Assembly (NCBI GenBank): GCA_963793305.1
Contig: CAWBZV010000003.1
Location: 832,001-896,000 of the forward strand
Length of the DNA: 64,000 nucleotides
Direction of reading: 5' to 3'
Source of the DNA: an uncultured Gemmatimonadales bacterium
Lineage (GTDB): Bacteria; Gemmatimonadota; Gemmatimonadetes; Gemmatimonadales; Gemmatimonadaceae
Part shown: piece by piece, positions 60,620 through 64,000 of the stretch
How positions within the stretch are numbered: position 1 is the first letter of the stretch
Layout: each line of letters begins with the position of its first letter
Notes under the pieces: generated by a model
The model's database searches: none
What the model was told of the DNA's origin: nothing
Seen by the model: only the letters and a program-made list of their open reading frames with translations
Made by a program: the position numbers and the translations under genes

Positions 60620-61794
60620 AGAGCACTGAGCGCGCGAATGACTGGCGCCAACGCGCCGGGCGCCTCGACCCGGCTCTCCGGCAGCAGCGGATCTGCGCGC
60701 GAGAGCGCCCCCTGCGCCGCCTCGGCCAGCACCAGCACCTCGTTGATCTCATGCGCCTCGGCGATCTCTATCGCCCGGGCGTATGACCGCCGCGCGTCCT
60801 GCACCCGGCCGAATCGTCGCGCCCCATCGCCGGCCAAGAGGTGCATGCGCGCCAGCTGCGCCGGAGGCAATGATGCTTGCACCAAGGCCGAGGTGTAGTG
60901 CTCGAACGCGTCCAGGTCGCCCTCGCGCGAGGCAACGTCGAGGAGATTGATCGCGGCCGACCACCGCACGTCGGGGTCGGTCGACGAGTGATACAACGCG
61001 TAGAACCCGTCCCGCGCGGCGGCGGTCAGCCCCCGCGCACAGAGGGTCGTCGCCAGGTCGACCAATGCCCGGTCCCGGCGCAATGCATCCGCGTACAGCC
61101 TGAACGCCACGAAAAAGTGTTGCGCGGCCCGATCGAGATACGCGGTATTGATATGTCCACCGGGATGCGCGGTCGCCCGGTGATAGCACACGTAGCCGAG
61201 GTCGTGCGTGGCCCGCGCCAGCACGTCGCCCATGTCGGCCGCGGCCGCGCACACGCCCTCGAGGATCGCCTCGGCCGCCGGCAGATTGCCGCGCTCCAGA
61301 GCGACGTTGGCGACACCGATGTCGGCCAAGAGCGTGCCGCGCAGCTCCAGCATGCGCCGGCACGACTGGACCCTCAAGGCCGCGTCGGCGCGAGCCTCAA
61401 CGTCTTCCGGCGTCGTGGCGTACTCGATGAACGTGAGATAAACGTCGAGGGCCAACGCCCACTGGGCCGACGCGTGGAGGGCCCAGGCGTAGGCGACGAG
61501 ACAGCTCGTGGTCGAGGGGCCGTCGTTATACAGGGCGCCGGAGACCGCGCAGGAGAGGGCATCGAGCGGGGCCCGCAGCGCACTGCCACGATTGACGCGG
61601 TTGACGGCACGGCGCACGGCCCTGACCGCTTCCACCGGCACCATGCGTCCATCCTCGCGCAACCGCATATAGCGGTCGACGAGCCTCAACGTGACCAGCC
61701 CGGCGCTCGTCGCACGCCAAAACGGGCCGGCAGGATCCTGCGTCGCCAGCGCTTCGAAGAAAGCCGCATGGCGCAATGCCCGACGGGCTGTCAT
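60616..61794 (-). CDS. TPR-like helical repeat protein
   Basis: Ala/Leu-rich helical repeats (ERGNLPAAEAIL, ARATHDLG, ALVDLA, FGRVQDARRSYARAIEIA). Confidence 0.75.
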   Translation of the reverse strand: MTARRALRHAAFFEALATQDPAGPFWRATSAGLVTLRLVDRYMRLREDGRMVPVEAVRAVRRAVNRVNRGSALRAPLDALSCAVSGALYNDGPSTTSCLVAYAWALHASAQWALALDVYLTFIEYATTPEDVEARADAALRVQSCRRMLELRGTLLADIGVANVALERGNLPAAEAILEGVCAAAADMGDVLARATHDLGYVCYHRATAHPGGHINTAYLDRAAQHFFVAFRLYADALRRDRALVDLATTLCARGLTAAARDGFYALYHSSTDPDVRWSAAINLLDVASREGDLDAFEHYTSALVQASLPPAQLARMHLLAGDGARRFGRVQDARRSYARAIEIAEAHEINEVLVLAEAAQGALSRADPLLPESRVEAPGALAPVIRALSAL

Positions 61795-61881
61795 GCGAAA
61801 AAAACTTACTTGACGCTTTCTTCCGCGGGGAGCAGGTTCGCGACCTGTAGGGGTGTGGGGAAAAAGCGGGGGAGGTGTGGT

Positions 61882-62715
61882 GTGACGGATTCCACAGTCG
61901 AGGGGTCACTAGGCGTTTATCTGGCGTTCGGCTTGCGACTCCGGTCTGATCTGCCGCTGCCGGAGCTGCCGGTCGTCCCCGGTCGCAATGGACCGCCCGA
62001 CGTGGAAGTGCGCGTGTTCGACGTGCCGGCCTTCGAGACCGCGACGCGCGACGCAGGCCTCGCGGACGTCGCCGACGATATCGCAATGTTGTGGTGGCCC
62101 GGCGTCGGCCGATTCGTCGTGAGCGATGGCACCGACATCTGCGTCGCCCGCGCTCCCGGCGCCGATCCCGCTCTCGTCCGCCTGTATCTCCTGGGCCCCG
62201 TGCTCAACGCGCTGCTGCATCAGCGCGGCTGGGTCGTGCTCCGCGCGGGTGCCGCGCGCCTGGGCGATCGCGTGGTCGCGTTCGTGCCGGGACCGGGCGT
62301 CAGTGACGCGCTGGCCGACGCCGGGTACACGATCATTGCGCGCGACGTGCTGGCGATCCGGGCGGGCGATCGCATCACGCCCGCGGTGGTGCAGCCGTGC
62401 GTCCCGCCACTCGCGCACCGCCCGCTCGATCAGGCGCAGGCGCGGCAGTTGTGGTGCGATGCCGCGCGATCGGAGGCCCCGCTTCCTCTCGACGCGCTCC
62501 TGGTGCTGAACGGGGACAGCGAGCGAGCCGACACGCTCACGGCCGCCGAGGCATTCGCGGAGATCGGCGCGTGCATGTTCGACGACCTGACGTGGCCGGG
62601 CGACGTGCGGCGCGCCTTGAGGCTCATGTTCCACCTCGCATCGACCCTGCCGGTGCACCGGGTGAGTCCGGAATCGCTTGCCAGCAGTGACTCACTGCGC
62701 GATATTCGCGGTTAG
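61882..62715 (+). CDS. HPr-kinase-related (lasso-peptide-kinase-like) protein with degenerate active site
   Basis: GGAGG RBS before GTG; YLAFGLRLRSDLPLPEL, WPGVGRFVVSDG, LYLLGPVLNALLHQRG; Walker A missing. Confidence 0.7.
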   Translation: MTDSTVEGSLGVYLAFGLRLRSDLPLPELPVVPGRNGPPDVEVRVFDVPAFETATRDAGLADVADDIAMLWWPGVGRFVVSDGTDICVARAPGADPALVRLYLLGPVLNALLHQRGWVVLRAGAARLGDRVVAFVPGPGVSDALADAGYTIIARDVLAIRAGDRITPAVVQPCVPPLAHRPLDQAQARQLWCDAARSEAPLPLDALLVLNGDSERADTLTAAEAFAEIGACMFDDLTWPGDVRRALRLMFHLASTLPVHRVSPESLASSDSLRDIRG

Positions 62716-62772
62716 TTTGACACTACATGTGATATCGCTGTTGGTGGGATGTATACATTCTAGACAGCAATC

Positions 62773-63021
62773 GTGGGTGATCCTACGCTCGGTCAATTTG
62801 TCGCAGGGGATGTTTCCTCGTTGGCGGAGCTGTTCGACCGATGGTCGTCGGCGGTGCACGCGGTCGTCACCCGTGCCCTGCCACCCACGGCTCGCCCCCA
62901 CGAAGTCGATGCCGCCGTCGAGGATGTCTTCTGGCGCCTGTGGCAGCACGCGGGACATGACGTTCCCGCGATGCGGACGCTGATCAGTGAGGTAGTAGAT
63001 CGGTCCCGCGGACGGCGCTGA
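62773..63021 (+). CDS. Small protein resembling isolated ECF sigma region 2
   Basis: GDVSSLAELFDRWSSAVHAVVTRAL...AVEDVFWRLWQHA resembles the ECF GDxxAxxxLYxRY...AEDxxQEVFxxxW pattern; ends after 82 aa. Confidence 0.6.
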   Translation: MGDPTLGQFVAGDVSSLAELFDRWSSAVHAVVTRALPPTARPHEVDAAVEDVFWRLWQHAGHDVPAMRTLISEVVDRSRGRR

Positions 63022-64000
63022 CCGGCTCGTCTTCGGCCACTTTGCCGAGCGAGTCGTGATTCCGGCGCATCATTGACGCGAATGCCTCGGCGATGAGCGG
63101 ATCGAACTCGGTCCCCGATCGCCGCTCGATATAGGCGACCGCGTCGACCGATGACCAGGCTGGCCGATATGGGCGGTCCGTGTGCAGGGCGTCGAACACG
63201 TCGCAGACGTGCACCAGCGTGCTCGCATAGTGGCAGTCGCGCGTGAAGTGCCGGTGGGGGTAGCCGCCGCCGTTGATCATCACGTGGTGCTCGTACGCGA
63301 CCGCGGCCTGGAGCCCGAGCGTCTTGTCGCTGTTCAAGATGATCCGCGCGCCCTCGGCCGGATGCCGCTCCAGAATCTCGCGCTCTTCCGGCGTGAGCTC
63401 GCCGGGCTTCGTGAGAATCTCGGAGGGAACTCTGACCTTCCCGAGGTCATGCAGCAGGCCCGCGATCCCGAGCGCGCGCACATCTCGCGGGACGTGCTGG
63501 AGCTCTTCCGCCAACGCCATCGTCAGGACCGAGACGTTGATCGAGTGCGTCGTCGTGTATTGATCGAACTGCTTTAATCGCAACAGGGGGATCAACAAGC
63601 GCCCATCGGAGTGCAGGGCAATCGATAGCGACCGCACGATCATCTCGGCCTCGGCCATCGGAATCGCGCCCTTGCCCGCGACCTCGCCGTGGATCCAGCG
63701 CACGGTCTCCGACTCTTCTTTCAACGCATAGCCACCGGTCGCGTCATACAGCTCGGCCGCGGACGCACCTTTCCCATTGCCGCCGACCTGTACGCCGACG
63801 GCGCCGAACTTGATCGCCTTCTGCCTCGGCGGGGCTTCCCGCGCGGCGTGGTCACCCAAGCGCGAATGGATGTCGTCGATAAATAATTCAAACGCCTCGG
63901 CGCTGACATCCGCGACAACCTCGATGCGTTGTATTCCGGCGGCGGCGCATTTCTCGGCCCACTCCCATGCCTTGAGCTCACGCAAGGAGTCGTAGCCGTA
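62984..64000 (-). CDS. HD-GYP cyclic-dinucleotide phosphodiesterase (5' end may lie outside window)
   Basis: YTTTHSINV, LLHDLGK, EHH..NGGGYP, CDVFDAL, RPYR. Confidence 0.9.
   Translation of the reverse strand, partial: YGYDSLRELKAWEWAEKCAAAGIQRIEVVADVSAEAFELFIDDIHSRLGDHAAREAPPRQKAIKFGAVGVQVGGNGKGASAAELYDATGGYALKEESETVRWIHGEVAGKGAIPMAEAEMIVRSLSIALHSDGRLLIPLLRLKQFDQYTTTHSINVSVLTMALAEELQHVPRDVRALGIAGLLHDLGKVRVPSEILTKPGELTPEEREILERHPAEGARIILNSDKTLGLQAAVAYEHHVMINGGGYPHRHFTRDCHYASTLVHVCDVFDALHTDRPYRPAWSSVDAVAYIERRSGTEFDPLIAEAFASMMRRNHDSLGKVAEDEPVSAVRGTDLLPH

Noticed and set aside
1..64000. Prophage, IS element, tRNA/rRNA or CRISPR-Cas
   Set aside because: No integrase, transposase, phage structural or cas ORFs, no regular repeat-spacer array, and no recognisable tRNA or rRNA sequence.

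Overview
This is a GC-rich bacterial chromosomal window. The gene families suggest Gemmatimonadota, but that is inference and not a database result. It contains about 60 coding regions and no tRNA, rRNA, CRISPR array, integrase or transposase. From left to right: a PAS histidine kinase (5' end outside the window); a Ser/Thr kinase; an extended kdp potassium-uptake locus (kdpE, a DUF4118-type kinase, an unannotated 31-aa peptide, kdpFABC, two outer-membrane porins, a stand-alone KdpD-N/Usp protein and a catalytically degenerate histidine kinase); a Vgb-like propeller; two paralogous lipoproteins; a YncE/LVIVD propeller pair; LysM and O-antigen-ligase-like genes; an AbiEi/nucleotidyltransferase (type IV TA-like) pair with an operator-rich promoter; an S9 peptidase; a phosphodiesterase; menG-like, tatA and zinc-finger genes; an RpoS-like sigma factor; an MCP; a VPS10-type hydrolase; an FAD oxidoreductase-Rieske-solA-M20 cluster; alkA/nfo; further kinases; lspA, LOG, SET and an M1 peptidase; and a TPR / dead HPr-kinase-like / sigma2-only / HD-GYP cluster. 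The most interesting unexplained signals are (1) a dispersed ~90-bp three-hairpin element in four copies with covarying stems and a conserved YAACCGAYCA linker, (2) a ~185-nt structured, GGA-rich intergenic element, (3) the three-part Kdp sensor with a pseudokinase, and (4) the pseudoenzyme cluster at the right end. About 14 frameshifts are all single-base insertions and are most likely sequencing errors.
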